Counted from the first letter of the stretch, positions 33,915 to 45,748 are shown. The stretch: DNA of 64,000 bases from an uncultured Alphaproteobacteria bacterium (GCA_963761245.1 CAVXGN010000043.1:76926-140925), one strand, 5' to 3'. Numbers and translations: made by a program. Notes: generated by a model not told the origin, from the letters alone.

Positions 33915-34137
33915 CGGCGTCGAGCCGCATCTCTTGAACCCGTTCAAGACCTGGAAGGACAAGGCCGAGTTCGACAAGACCGCGCGCGAACTGGTCGGCA
34001 TGTTCCAGAAAAAACTTCGCCAAGTACGAAGGCCACGTCACGCCCGACATCAAGGCGGCGGCGCCGGAAGTGCGCATCGCGGCGGAGTAGATTTGCGGTC
34101 GGAGAATTGAAAAAGGCGGCCCTTGCGGCCGCCTTTT
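33915..34137 (+). repeat. Extra copy of the pckA 3' end plus terminator
   Basis: Matches 32170-32391; [16 protein letters not shown]...EVRIAAE* and the same terminator. Confidence 0.97.
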
Positions 34138-34192
34138 ATATTTTGCCTAACTGTTTGCGCGCCGGTTGCCATTCGCTCTCAGCGCGGGACAA

Positions 34193-34400
34193 TCATTGAT
34201 TGTTCGACCTGGAGGAATTGAGATTGATGGCATTGTTCGTGGATGGGTTTGTCCCGCCCGACGTCCCGTCACGGTAAATATTCGATCTGGAGGTGTTGAG
34301 ATTTTTTGTCTTTTTCGTGGATGGGCTCGTTCCGCCCGAAGTCGTGTCGCGGTAGATGTTCGATCGGGAGGTGTTGAGATTGACGGCATTGGCGCTTGGT
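34193..34400 (-). other. Tandem 78-bp (26-aa) repeat peptide remnant with three NLN[T/S]SRSN cores
   Basis: Repeat units start at 34203, 34281 and 34359; minus-strand translation AVNLNTSRSNIYR..KNLNTSRSNIYR..AINLNSSRSNNQ*; no clean start codon. Confidence 0.6.
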
Positions 34401-34490
34401 TGTCGTGGCGCACAATTGCATATCAGGACAGTGCCCCTGTCGTACTTTCTCTGATATTTGTTCGCCGGGCGCACGAGGCGGGTTGTCACA

Positions 34491-35490
34491 ATGCGTAAAT
34501 TGAAGATCGGGCAGAACGGCGACGAAATCTCCGCGGCCGGGCTCGGCTGCATGGGCATGTCGGGCGGCTACGGTCCGGCCGACGACGCCGAAAGCATCGC
34601 CACCATTCACGCCGCGCTCGACGCCGGTGTGACCTTCCTCGACACCGGCGACTTCTACGGCATCGGCCACAACGAGATGCTGCTGGGCGAGGCGCTCAAA
34701 GGCGGCAAGCGTCAGCGCGCCTTCCTGTCGGTGAAATTCGGCGCCATGCGTTCACCCGACGGCGCCTATACCGGCTACGACCTGCGTCCGGCGGCGGTGA
34801 AGAATTTCCTGTCCTACACGTTGCGCCGGCTGCAGACCGATTACGTCGATCTTTATCAGCCCGCGCGCTACGACCACATGGTGCCGTTGGAAGATACGCT
34901 CGGCGCCATCGCCGACCTGGTGAAGGCGGGCTACGTGCGCCATATCGGCCAGTCGGAGGTCAATGCCAGGACCTTGCGCCGCGCTGCCGCGCTGCACAGC
35001 ATTGATGCGCTGCAGATCGAATATTCGCTGCTGAGCCGCGGCGTCGAAAGCGCCATCCTGCCGGCGCTGCGCGAATTGAAAATTCCGTTGGTCGCCTATG
35101 GCGTGCTCTCGCGCGGGCTGATCAGCGACGCAACGCTCAACGACGGTGCCGGCTCGGGCGAAATCCGCTCGCGCATGCCGCGCTTTTCCGCGCAGAATTT
35201 TCCGCGCAACCGGGCGCTGATCGAAGCGCTTGCCAAGATCGCCAAGGCGCGCGGCGTGAGCGTGGCGCAGCTTGCCTTTGCTTGGCTCGCCTCGCGTGGG
35301 CACGACATCGTGCCGCTGATCGGCGCGCGCCGGCGCGATCAACTGGCCGAGGCGCTGGCCGGTCTCAGCTCTCAAGCTGACCGAAGACGAACTGGCCGCC
35401 ATCGAGCAGGCGGCGCCGAAGGATGCCGCGGCCGGAGCCCGCTACGGTCCGGCGGCGATGAAGCATCTCGACAGCGAGCTATCGGCTTGA
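34491..35490 (+). CDS. Aldo/keto reductase; apparent frameshift near 35370
   Basis: GLGCMGMS, LDTGDFYG..HNE, LQIEYSL, AYGVLSRG. Confidence 0.9.
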
Positions 35491-35500
35491 GCCGCGGGCG

Positions 35501-36710
35501 CTAGCGCCCGCGCAGGCGCTCGATCAGCTCCACCGTCGGATAGGAATCCGCCGGCAGCCCGGTCTTAATCTGCGCCAATCGTATCGCGGCACGGGTGCCG
35601 GCGCCGACCTTGCCGTCGACGTCGCCGGCCTTGTAGCCGTGCTTATTCAACAGCGTCTGCAACTCCATCACCTGCGGCGTGGTCAGCGCCACCACAGTCT
35701 TGGCGCCCGCGTGATCGTAGGCCGGTGCGCCGGCCAGCCGCGTCGCGAAATAGGCGACGGTGGTGGAATAGACATAGGCCGAATTCCAGCCGAGGAAGGC
35801 CTGGAAATTGCGATAGGCGAGGAAGGCCGGTCCGTGCCGTCCCATCGGCAGGATCATCGAGGCTTGCATCTCATCGGCCGGCAGCTTGCCATGCGCGGCG
35901 CGCACGCCCCAGGCCACCCACTGCGAGCGCGGGTGTTGGATGGTCAGGTCGGCCTCCTGCCACGGCAGGTTGGCGCGGCACGCGCACTTCCTGCAGCCAC
36001 GGTTCGCCGCGATGCCAGCCCAGGTTGACCAGGAAGTTGGCGCCGGAGGCCATGGTGTCGGGAATGCTGTGGATCAGGTCGCGGCGGCCGTTGCCGTCGA
36101 AGTCGACCGCGTTCTTGTAGTAATCGCCGGCGGTGAACTGCAGGCCGCCGAATTCGCCCGCCCAGTCGCCGATCATCTCGCTCGCGCGCAGGTCGCCGCG
36201 CTGGATAATGCGCAAGGCGGCGAGCAATTGCGCGCGGAAGAAATCCGGGCGCCGGCAGTCATAGGCCAGCGTAGTGAGCGCGGTCAGGATTTTGTAGTTG
36301 CCGAAATTGGCGCCGAAGTCGCTCTCCAGTCCCCAGAAGGCGGTGAGCACCGGCGCCGGCACGCCGTATTTCTTTTCCACTTCGGCGAACAGCGCGTGGT
36401 ACTTCTTGATCCTGGCGAGACCGTTGGGGATGCGGCCGCCGCCCACCATGCGGTCGGCGAATTTCATGAAAGTTTGCTGGAACACGGCTTGGCCGTGGTC
36501 GCGGCGGATGATGACTGGATCGAAGGTCATGGCGGGGGAAGCTTCGGCGATGACCCGTTGCGAGATGCCTTGCGCGAGGGCCTCCTTCTTGAAGGCAGCC
36601 AGCCAGCTTTCGAAGCTGCCGGTATTGTGGCAACGGGCGGCGGCAAGCGCCTGCCCCGCCAGCATGCAGCCGAGCATGACCGCGGCGAATTTCAGTGCCA
36701 ATTTTCCCAT
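35501..36710 (-). CDS. MltB-like lytic murein transglycosylase with a PG-binding domain; apparent frameshift near 35975
   Basis: AFWGLESDFG, LAYDCRRPDFF, AVDFDGNGRRDL, DGKVGAGTRAAI. Confidence 0.88.
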
Positions 36711-36891
36711 CGTCAGGTCCGCCTGTTCGCGATGAATCGAGCGCCGAATCTGCCCAAGGGCGGGCCCCGGTCAAGGACGATTATGCCGCAAGGCTGCAAC
36801 CAATTCTTGCGCAAATCGCGATTTTCATCGCAGCTTCGCGGCCGCCTGATCAATTCCCCCGCCGCAAGCCGCAGTCGAGACAGTAAGTCGC

Positions 36892-37989
36892 ATGCAAGTC
36901 CTGGTGATCGGAGCCGGTGTGGTCGGGCTTGCGGTTGCCCGCGCCGCCGCGCGCAAAGGCCACGAGGTGGTGATCGCGGAGGCGCAATCCGCGATCGGAA
37001 CCGGGATTTCCTCGCGCAACAGCGAGGTGATCCACGGCGGCATGTACTACCCGACCGGCTCGGTGCGGGCGCGCCACTGCGTGCGCGGCCGGCGCATGCT
37101 CTATGAATTGTGCGCCAGCCACGGCGTGCCGCATCGGAAAATCGGCAAGCTGATCGTGGCCTGCAACGGCCCCGAGCTTGAGAAGATCCAGACGCTGGTT
37201 ACCCAAGGCCGCAACAACGGCGTCGAGGGGCTCGAACTGATCGGTGGCAATGCCGCGCGCGCGCTCGAGCCGGAGCTGTCGTGCATCGGCGCGCTCCATT
37301 CGCCGGAAACCGGCATCCTCGACGCCCACGCTTTCATGCTGGCGCTGCGCGGCGATCTGGAAGACGCCGGCGGCGCCATCGCCTTCAACACGCCGGTGAT
37401 CGGCGCCGCACGCAAAAGCGGGCGGTGGGCGGTGCGCTTCGGCGGTAAGGATGGCGGCGAGTTCGCGTTTGATGCCGTCGTCAATTGCGCCGGCTTGGGC
37501 GCGCAAAGCGTGGCGCGCGTCGATCGAGGATTATCCGGGAGCGCGCGTGCCGCGCCGGGTCTTGGCCAAGGGCAATTATTTCACTTATCTCGGGCGGCCG
37601 GCTGTTCAAGCGGCTGATCTATCCGATCCCGGTGGTCGCCGGTCTCGGCGTGCATGTCACGCTCGATCTTGGCGGGCCGCATGCGTTTCGGGCCGGACGT
37701 CGAATGGATCGAGCACGAGCACTACGAGGTCGATCCCAAGCGCGCCGACATCTTCTACGAACGCATCCGCACCTATTGGCCCGGGCTGCCGGACGCAACG
37801 CTTTCGCCCGACTATTCCGGCATCCGTCCCAAGCTGACCGGCCCGGGCGAGCCGGCGGCGGATTTCATGGTCGATGCCCCGCCGCAGCACGGATTGCCCG
37901 GGCTGGTGCAGATGTTCGGGATTGAATCGCCGGGATTGACGAGCTCGCTGTCGCTGGCGGAAGAGGTTGCCGGCTATCTGTCGAGCTGA
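36892..37989 (+). CDS. L-2-hydroxyglutarate oxidase-like FAD oxidoreductase; apparent frameshifts at 37520-37680
   Basis: [52 protein letters not shown]. Confidence 0.88.
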
Positions 37990-38747
37990 GCGCGGCGTTC
38001 GTCGTGACGCGCATTGGCGGCGAGCGGCAACGTTGCGGGCGTCTCGCTGGACGCAGGCCCGCGCAATTGCGGCGGCGTGATTTTCAGCTCCGACAGTTTG
38101 TCGCGATAGCTCTTGGACAGACGGCGGTCGGATTGCACCGGCGTGAAATCGGCGACGTTGCCGTTCTTGCCGGCGACGGCGACAAAGCCGTGTTTGGTCG
38201 CCACCACGTCGCCCGGCCGCAAGGTCGGATCGGTGTTGACGTCGATATGCGCCAGGCCGAACGGGTCGTGGCCGTTGCAGGTGCAGCCGGCGACCACGCG
38301 CTTGCGATAAAGGAAGGCGGTGTCGAGATTGGAATAGCGGCTGCCGTCGGACGCCACCGCGTGGGCGATGCCGCCGCCGGAATAAAGCTTGGTCTGGCTG
38401 CCCGGACAGAAGGCGTGGCACATGTCCGCGGCGCTGATGTTGCCGTGAGCGTGCACCGGAAAGTGATAACCGTCGCAGGTGCGCACGCATTGCGCCGAGT
38501 AGGGCGCGGCCCCGGCGCGACGTATCGGCGCAACGCGCGTCATGGCGCGCTCGGGCGCGGACGGCTCGGCGTAAGGTTGCACATTGTCGGGAAGCGGGGA
38601 CGGCCTTTCCATCGGGCGCATCAGGCCGCCGAACAATTGCTCGAAAATGCCGGCAGAAGCGGGCGTTGCGAGGCCAAACGTCAACGCACCGGCCGTGACA
38701 ATCGCGGCCATCGCGCGCAGCGCAAATCTGGTGTCCCCGCTAGCCAT
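37974..38747 (-). CDS. DUF2865-like exported protein
   Basis: [36 protein letters not shown]. Confidence 0.8.
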   Translation of the reverse strand: MASGDTRFALRAMAAIVTAGALTFGLATPASAGIFEQLFGGLMRPMERPSPLPDNVQPYAEPSAPERAMTRVAPIRRAGAAPYSAQCVRTCDGYHFPVHAHGNISAADMCHAFCPGSQTKLYSGGGIAHAVASDGSRYSNLDTAFLYRKRVVAGCTCNGHDPFGLAHIDVNTDPTLRPGDVVATKHGFVAVAGKNGNVADFTPVQSDRRLSKSYRDKLSELKITPPQLRGPASSETPATLPLAANARHDERRAQLDR

Positions 38748-38888
38748 GCCGATACCCGCCGATCCCTGGCGCCCATTGCCGTTCCTCTGAATGCGTTGAG
38801 ATAACGCATCGGCAGCCGGAAGGTTGCACCGGCCCGTTGGTCGCGGTGAGGGGGCATTTGGTTCAGTGCGGGAGTGGCAATCTTTTGC

Positions 38889-40227
38889 CTAAAAATACCG
38901 CCACCAGACATAGACTTGGCTGATCGCCACCGACACCACCATCATCGGTGCCGCATAAAGCGTGTAGGTGACGAAACGAAACGGCACGCCGTTGCGGTCG
39001 GCGATGCCGGCCACGGTCAGATTGGCCGAGGCGCCGATCAGCGTGCCGTTGCCGCCGAGGCAGGCGCCGAGCGACAGGCACCACCACAGCGGCAGGATAT
39101 GCGCCTCGCCGCCGAACGACGGCGCCATGCTCTTGATCAGCGGAATCATGGTGGCGACGAACGGGATGTTGTCGACGATCGCCGACAGGAACGCCGAGGA
39201 CCACAGGATGGCATAGCCGGCCGTCGCCAAGTTGCCGCCGGTCGCCGCCACCAGCTTGTTGGCGAGCAGCGTGAGCAAGCCGCCGACGTCGACGCCGTGC
39301 ACCACCACGAACAGGCCGATGAAGAAGAAGATGGTGATCCACTCCACGTCGCCGAAGGTCTGGTGGATATTGTGCGCGGCTTTTTCGGCGTGATGCGACC
39401 AGTTATCGAGCAGCATCAGCACGGCGGCGCCGGAGAGCGCGATGGTGGCCGGCTCCAGGTGCAGCGGCCGCGCCAGCACGAAGGTGATCATCACCAGCGT
39501 GAGAATAGCGAGCGCCTGCTTGAGCAGCCGCCAGTCCTCGATGGACTCGGCTCGGATTCATCGCCATCACGCGCGCCTCGGCATCGTGCGAGGCGCGCAG
39601 ATCCTTGCCCCACAAAATGTGGATGATCAGCGCCTGCACCGCCATGACGATCAGGATCACCGGCGTGAGGTTATAGACGAAGTCGTTGAAGGCGAGCCCG
39701 ACCTGCGAGCCGATCAGGATGTTGGGCGGATCGCCGATCAAAGTGGCGGTGCCGCCGATATTGGAGGCCAGTATTTCCGCGAACAGATAGGGGTAAGCCG
39801 GCACTTTCAACGTGCTGCAGATCGCCAGCGTCACCGGAACGATCAGCAGCACGGTGGTGACATTGTCGAGAAAGGCCGACAGCACCGCTGTGGTGATCTG
39901 CAGGATGAACAAGATGCCGGCGGGATGCGCCTTGGCCGCTTTCGCCGACCAGATGGCCAGAAACTGGAACATGCCGGAGCGGCGCGAGATCGACACCAGG
40001 ATCATCATGCCGGTGAGCAGGCCGATGGTGTTGAAGTCGACGCCGTGGATCGCCTCTTCCTGGTCGAGCACGCCGACCAGGATCATCACGCCGGCGCCGA
40101 CCAGCGCGACGATCGCGCGGTTGACCTTTTCCGACATGATGGTGGCGTAGGTGATGGCCAGGATGCAGGTGGACACCCACATCGGACTAAGGCCGAAATA
40201 GACGTGCGATGCCGCGTGCGCGGTCAT
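38889..40227 (-). CDS. ArsB/NhaD (IT superfamily) transporter, copy 2; apparent frameshift near 39550
   Basis: SAFLDNVTT, SNIGGTATLIGDPPN, VDNIPFV, LGGNGTLIGASAN. Confidence 0.88.
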
Positions 40228-40349
40228 GGCCGAGCTTCCCCCAAGTTACCTGGGCGCTCAGCCTTCGCCGGCCTTTCGCACCCCTTGCGCCCCTATTTTA
40301 GCGGGCAGGAGGCTCAGGCAACGGCGTTGGGGAGTCAAGATGTTGAACG

Positions 40350-40455
40350 GTCATTCGGGGACGGCGCGTTAGCGCCGAACCCGGAATCCAGATTTCCATT
40401 TGGTGCTTGTTTCTGGATTCCGGGTTCGCTCGCTTTGCTCGCACCCCGGAATGAC
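40350..40455. repeat. REP doublet (GTCATTC..GGAATGAC family)
   Basis: AACCCGGAATCCAG/CTGGATTCCGGGTT inner inverted repeat; GTCATTC/GAATGAC ends. Confidence 0.8.
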
Positions 40456-40459
40456 AGAA

Positions 40460-41798
40460 CTAGAAATACCGCCACCAGACATAGACATTGCAGATGGCGA
40501 TGGAGACAACCGTCATCGGCGCGGCGTAGAGCGTGTAGGTCAAGAAACGGAACGGCACACCGTTGCGCTCGGAAATGCCGGCGACCGTCAGATTGGCCGA
40601 GGCGCCGACCAGCGTGCCGTTGCCGCCCAGGCAGGCGCCGAGCGACAGGCACCACCACAGCGGCATCGATCTGCTCGGGCCCGCCGAGCGACGGCGCCAT
40701 GTTCTTGATCAGCGGAATCATGGTGGCGACGAACGGGATATTGTCGACGATGGCCGACAGAAACGCCGAGGCCCACAGCACCGCGTAGCCCGTCGCTGCC
40801 AGGTTGCCGCCGGTCGCTTTCACCAGCTCGTTGGCGAGCAGGTGCAGCAGCCCGCCGACTTCGACGCCGTGCACCACGATAAACAGGCCGAGGAAGAAGA
40901 AGATGGTGATCCATTCCACGTCGCCGAAGGTGGAGTGGATATTGTGCGAGGCCTTCTCGGAATGATGCGCCCAGTTGTCGAGCAGCATCAGAAAGCCGGC
41001 GCCCAACAGCGCGATGGTGGCCGGCTCGAGATGCAGCGGCCGCGCCAGCACGAAAATCACCATCACCGCGGTCAGCACCGCCAGAGACTGCTTGAGCAGC
41101 CGTGGGTCCTCGATCGAGTCGGCCGGATTCATCGCCATGACGGCGGCTTCCGCCTCCGGCGTTGCCTTGAGTGCGCGGCCCCACAGGAAATGGATCATGA
41201 CGGTCTGCACCGCCAGAATGACCAGGATGATCGGTGCCAGGTGATAGATGAACTGGTTGAAATCGAGTCCGACCTGCGAGCCGATGATGATGTTGGGCGG
41301 ATCGCCGATCAACGTGGCGGTGCCGCCGATATTGGAGGCCATGATCTCGGCGAACAAATACGGGTAGGCTGGAACCTTGAGCGTATTGGTGATGGCGAGC
41401 GTCACCGGCACGATCAGCAGCACGGTCGTGACGTTGTCGAGCAAGGCCGACAACACCGCGGTGGCGAGCTGCAACAACAGCATGATGCCGGCCGGATGTG
41501 CCTTGGCCGCCCGCGCCGACCAGATCGCGACATAGCCGAACATGCCGGAGCGGCGCGAGATCGAGACCAGGATCATCATGCCGGTGAGCAGGCCGAGCGT
41601 GTTCCAGTCGACGCCCTTGATCGCTTCTTCCTGCTCCAGCACGCCGACCACGATCATGACGCTGGCGCCGATCAACGCCACGATCGCGCGATTGACCTTC
41701 TCCGTCATGATGACGGCATAGGTGATCGCCAGGATGCAGGTGGACACCCACATCGCGTTGAGCCCAAAATAGACGTGAGATACCGCGTGCGCGGTCAT
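40460..41798 (-). CDS. ArsB/NhaD (IT superfamily) transporter, copy 1; apparent frameshift near 40668
   Basis: Same motifs as copy 2; both start MTAHA.SHVYFGL and end YVWWRYF*. Confidence 0.88.
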
Positions 41799-41921
41799 AC
41801 CCGGCTTGCCCCCAAGTGAGGGCGCACGCTTAAGCAACCGGCAGGCCCTGTCAACGTATTGCGTCCGCGGCGTAAATTCGCACCGCCCGGCAGCAAGGGC
41901 GAACAATCAAGGAGAGGGAAC

Positions 41922-42404
41922 GTGGCAAACCGCTTCATCAATCCGAGGACCATGGCCAAGCCGCCGGGTTACACCTATGTCGTGGAGACTTCCGGCCCCG
42001 GCCGCACCGCCTATATCGCCGGCCAGCTCGGGCTCGATCTCGACAACAAGCTTGTCGGCGGGCCGGGCGATTTCCGCGCTCAATGCGCCAAGGCATTCGA
42101 GAACTTGGGCTTTGCGCTCGCCGGCATCGGTGCGACCTTCGACGACGTGGTGAAGATCAACAGCTATTTCGTCGACATCGCGCATATCGGTATTTTCCGC
42201 GAGGTGCGCGACGCCTTCCTCAACACCAAGGCGCCGCCGGCTTCGACCGCGGTGGCGATCTCGGCGCTGGCGCGCCCGGGCGCGCTGTTCGAGATCGAGG
42301 CGGTCGCGGTGCTGCCGCCGAAGACGGCAGCCAAGCCCGCCGCGGTACGCGGCCGGCCCAAGCGAAAAGCCAAGGTCAAGGCGCGCCGACGAAAAAGAAG
42401 GTGA
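41922..42404 (+). CDS. RidA/YjgF family protein with a basic C-terminal tail
   Basis: YIAGQLG, FDDVVKIN, PPASTAV..LFEIEAVA; GTG start after GGAGAGG. Confidence 0.85.
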   Translation: MANRFINPRTMAKPPGYTYVVETSGPGRTAYIAGQLGLDLDNKLVGGPGDFRAQCAKAFENLGFALAGIGATFDDVVKINSYFVDIAHIGIFREVRDAFLNTKAPPASTAVAISALARPGALFEIEAVAVLPPKTAAKPAAVRGRPKRKAKVKARRRKRR

Positions 42405-43785
42405 TGACGCCGAGCACCGGCAGCATCACGGCGACCGACCAGAGCATGTAGCCGAAGAAGCTCGGCATCTTGACGCCGCGCTCGTTGGCGATGGCCGCCA
42501 CCATGAAATTGGGCGCGTTGCCGATGTACGTCAGCGCGCCCATGTAGACCGCGCCCATGGAAATGGCGGCGAGCGTGTCGCTGAGATGGCTCATCAATTC
42601 GGTGGCGTCGCCGCCGGCGAGCTGGAAGAACACCAGATAAGTCGGCGCATTGTCGAGGAAGGCGGACAGAATACCGGTAAGCCAGAAAAAGGCGACTTCA
42701 TGGTGCTCGCCGCTCGGCCGCGTCACCGCATCGAGCAGCCAGCCGAACGAGCCTTCGCGGCCGGCTTCCAGCATCGCCAGCACCGGAATGATGCAGACGA
42801 AGATGCCGGCGAACAGCTTGGCTACTTCGGCGATCGGCTCCCAGGTGAAATCATTGGCAACGCGATGCTCGTCGGGCGTCAGCCACAACGACAGCAACGC
42901 GATGACGATGAGCGCGCCGTCGCGCACCAGGTTCTGCAAGGCGACGTGCGTGCCGTAGATCGTCAGCTCGATGCCGGGTTTCCAGGCCGCCGACAGCAGG
43001 ATGGCGCCGATAATGGCGGCGATCAGCGGCAGGTTGGCGAGACCATGCAGCCGGATGGCGGCGACGCTCACCGTCGTTGGCGGCTCGTTCCGCGCCAGCC
43101 GCAGATCGAGCAGGATGAAAATACCCAAGACCAGCGCGCCCGCGACCAGCGTCTCGGCCCAGAGATGTTGGGCCGGCCAGAAGAAGTCGACGCCGCGCAG
43201 GAAGCCGACGAACAACGGCGGATCGCCGAGCGGCGATAGCGCGCCGCCGATATTGGCGACCAAGAAGATGAAGAACACCACGACATGGACATTGTGCGCG
43301 CGCGCGGCATTGGCGCGGATCAGCGGGCGCACCAGGATCATGGCGGCGCCGGTGGTGCCGACGATGCTGGCGATGGCCGTGCCGAAGGCCAGCACCAGCG
43401 CGTTGCTTGCCGGCCTGCCGCCGAGATTGCCGGTGATCAACAGCCCGCCGGCGACGGTGTAGAGCGCGAACAGCAAGATAATGAAGCTCATATATTCGGC
43501 GAACAGCGCGTGCACGAAGCCGGCGAGCGCGGCGGAGACGCCAAAGCGCGCACCAATGGCGATGAGCGCGATCAGCGCCCAGAGGGCGGCGATCTTGCCG
43601 TAATGCGCGTGCCAGAATTTCGGAAACAGCAGCGGCCCGCTGGCGATGCTCAACAGAATGCCGGCGAACGGCAGCGCCCAGGGCCAGCCCATCTGCGCGC
43701 CGTCGAGCGCAGGAGCTGCATGCGCCGCCTGCGGTGCGAGAGCGGAAACCGCCGCGAGCAGGGCAATGGCCCATCGTCTGTTCAT
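42376..43785 (-). CDS. Putative Na+/H+ antiporter
   Basis: GTTGAAMILVRP, ANIGGALSPLGDPPLF, SAFLDNAPTY, TYIGNAPNFMV. Confidence 0.85.
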   Translation of the reverse strand: MNRRWAIALLAAVSALAPQAAHAAPALDGAQMGWPWALPFAGILLSIASGPLLFPKFWHAHYGKIAALWALIALIAIGARFGVSAALAGFVHALFAEYMSFIILLFALYTVAGGLLITGNLGGRPASNALVLAFGTAIASIVGTTGAAMILVRPLIRANAARAHNVHVVVFFIFLVANIGGALSPLGDPPLFVGFLRGVDFFWPAQHLWAETLVAGALVLGIFILLDLRLARNEPPTTVSVAAIRLHGLANLPLIAAIIGAILLSAAWKPGIELTIYGTHVALQNLVRDGALIVIALLSLWLTPDEHRVANDFTWEPIAEVAKLFAGIFVCIIPVLAMLEAGREGSFGWLLDAVTRPSGEHHEVAFFWLTGILSAFLDNAPTYLVFFQLAGGDATELMSHLSDTLAAISMGAVYMGALTYIGNAPNFMVAAIANERGVKMPSFFGYMLWSVAVMLPVLGVITFFFVGAP

Positions 43786-43957
43786 CGATTCCTCACAGAA
43801 ACTTGAGAGACAAGCAATCGTCCGCCCCATGCATCGGCGGGCCCGGGGTGACGGCCTTACTCCAAGCACGTAGACTGCGCGATGAGCGGAAAGGCCGGAA
43901 TGACAACGGCAATAGTTTCAAATTCGCAGGAAGTCCAGTTTCGAGCGAGGGGTGCGA

Positions 43958-45373
43958 ATGCTGTTGTGCCGCATCTTGCTGGTCATCGGTGCCGCGTTTG
44001 CGCTTTCAGCTTGCGCGACCATTCACAATCTGCCGCTCAACCGGCCGAGCGCAAATCCCTTCGCCGGCACCCTTGTCCAGGCGGCCGCGGCGGCCGAACG
44101 CGAACAACCGCGCCGGGCCGGCAATGACAGCACCGTGGTCGGGCTCGCTTTTTCCGGCGGTGGCACGCGTGCCGCGGCATTCGCCTACGGCGTGCTGGAG
44201 CAATTGCGGCGCACGCCCGGCGCAACGCCTGGAGCCGGGCGGCAATCTGCTCGGTCGCGTCAATATCGTCTCCGGCGTGTCGGGAGGCTCGATCATCGCC
44301 GCATATTTCGGGCTGAAGGGCCCGGCCGCGTTGGGCGATTTCCGCCAGGAATTCCTCGATCAAGATCTGATGGCGGCGCTCGACACCAACATCACCCTGA
44401 GCAATGTCGGCCGCGCGCTCGGCGGCGGCGTCAACACCGACAATCGATTGCGCGATTGGCTCAACGCCCACCTCTACCACGACGCGACGTTTGGACGATT
44501 GATTGCGCGCCGCCCCATCGTGCTGATCAATGCCACCGACATTTACAGCCGCACGCCGTTTCATGTTCGTCCCGGCGACCTTCGCGGCCATGTGCAGCGA
44601 CCTCAGCCAATACCCGGTTGCCGGCGCGGTCGCCGCCTCGGCGGCGGTGCCCGGTGCTTTCGCGCCGGTCATCATCCAAGTCCTTTCCGAAGTCTTGCCG
44701 GACGCCGCTGCCCGAGTGGGTCGAGAGGGCGAGCGAACAGTCCGGGCGCGTCGCCGCTGCTGCATGCCTACGCCATGGCGCTCGAGCGCGCGCGCACCGG
44801 CAAGGTGAAATACGTCAAGCTGCTCGACGGCGGCCTGGTCGACAATTACGGGCTGAGCGGCATCACCATCGCGCGTGCGGCGGCCGGTACGCCCTACGGC
44901 CCGTTGCTGCCGGAGGAAGCCGTCAAGCTGCGGCGACTGCTTTTCCTGGTCGTGGATGCCGGGCGCGGCCCACAAGGCGATTGGGCGCAGACGCTGGAAG
45001 GGCCGACCGGCGAAGGATCTCATCGACGCGGTGATCGATACCATTGTCGATGCCAATACCCGATCGAGCTACGCCGCCTTTCGAGGCGACCATGCGCAAT
45101 TGGCGCGAGGCGATGATCCGCTGGCGCTGCGGCCTCAAGTCAGCGGAAGTGGCGCGCCTGCGCGGCCCCGGCGGGCGCTGGAATTGCCGCGACCTGAAAA
45201 TCATTATCGGCCGGGTTTCCTTCGAACAATTGGATGCGGCGCGCGCCAAGGCGCTGAACGAGGTGCCGACATCTTTCACGCTGCCGCCCGCGACGATCGA
45301 TGAAATCGTCCGCGCCGGCGGCGACGCGTTGAAGACCAATCCCGAATATCAGAAGTTCTTGCGGGAGATGTAG
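43958..45373 (+). CDS. Patatin-like phospholipase (lipoprotein); several apparent frameshifts
   Basis: LSAC lipobox; FSGGGTRAAA, GVSGG, LINATD, DGGLVDNYG. Confidence 0.82.
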
Positions 45374-45400
45374 CGGCAGGGACCGCGGCGGAGCAGGGGC

Positions 45401-45722
45401 ATGAACATCTATCACGCGTGGTGTGACCTGAAGCCGGGGGTGCGCGACACCGATTTCAGCGACGGCGTTGCCCAATACATGCAGCATCTGCGCGCGCAGG
45501 GCCTAATCGAGAGTTGGCGGCTGACCCGCCGTAAGCTGGGTTTCGCGCCGACAGGCTTCGGCGAATTCCACGTGACGATCGAGTTTCAGGATATGGCGCA
45601 ACTCGATCGCGCCTTCGGTCAGGTCGCCGAGCGTAGCGAGCCGACTGAGGGCTTCCACTTCGGCGTCAATTCGCTGGCGCAGAACGTGCGCTTCGCCCGC
45701 TACCGCGATTTCCCCGCCTGCA
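45401..45722 (+). CDS. Small conserved hypothetical protein (DUF6614-like); stop probably hidden by an indel
   Basis: MNIYHAWCDLKPG..WRLTRRKLG..ARYRDFP; beyond this the ORF is simply antisense to polA. Confidence 0.6.
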
Positions 45723-45748
45723 GCGCCGGCGGGAAAACGCGAGCGGGT

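Noticed and set aside
19966-34137. Prophage or ICE attL/attR explanation for the ahcY and pckA repeats
   Set aside because: The enclosed DNA is only 1-2 kb with no integrase or phage remnants, and the repeats at different loci share no core. A trans-acting integrase elsewhere cannot be fully excluded.
34203-34385. 78-bp periodic repeats as a CRISPR array
   Set aside because: The spacers are similar to each other, the period is a multiple of three, variation is codon-like, and there are no cas genes.
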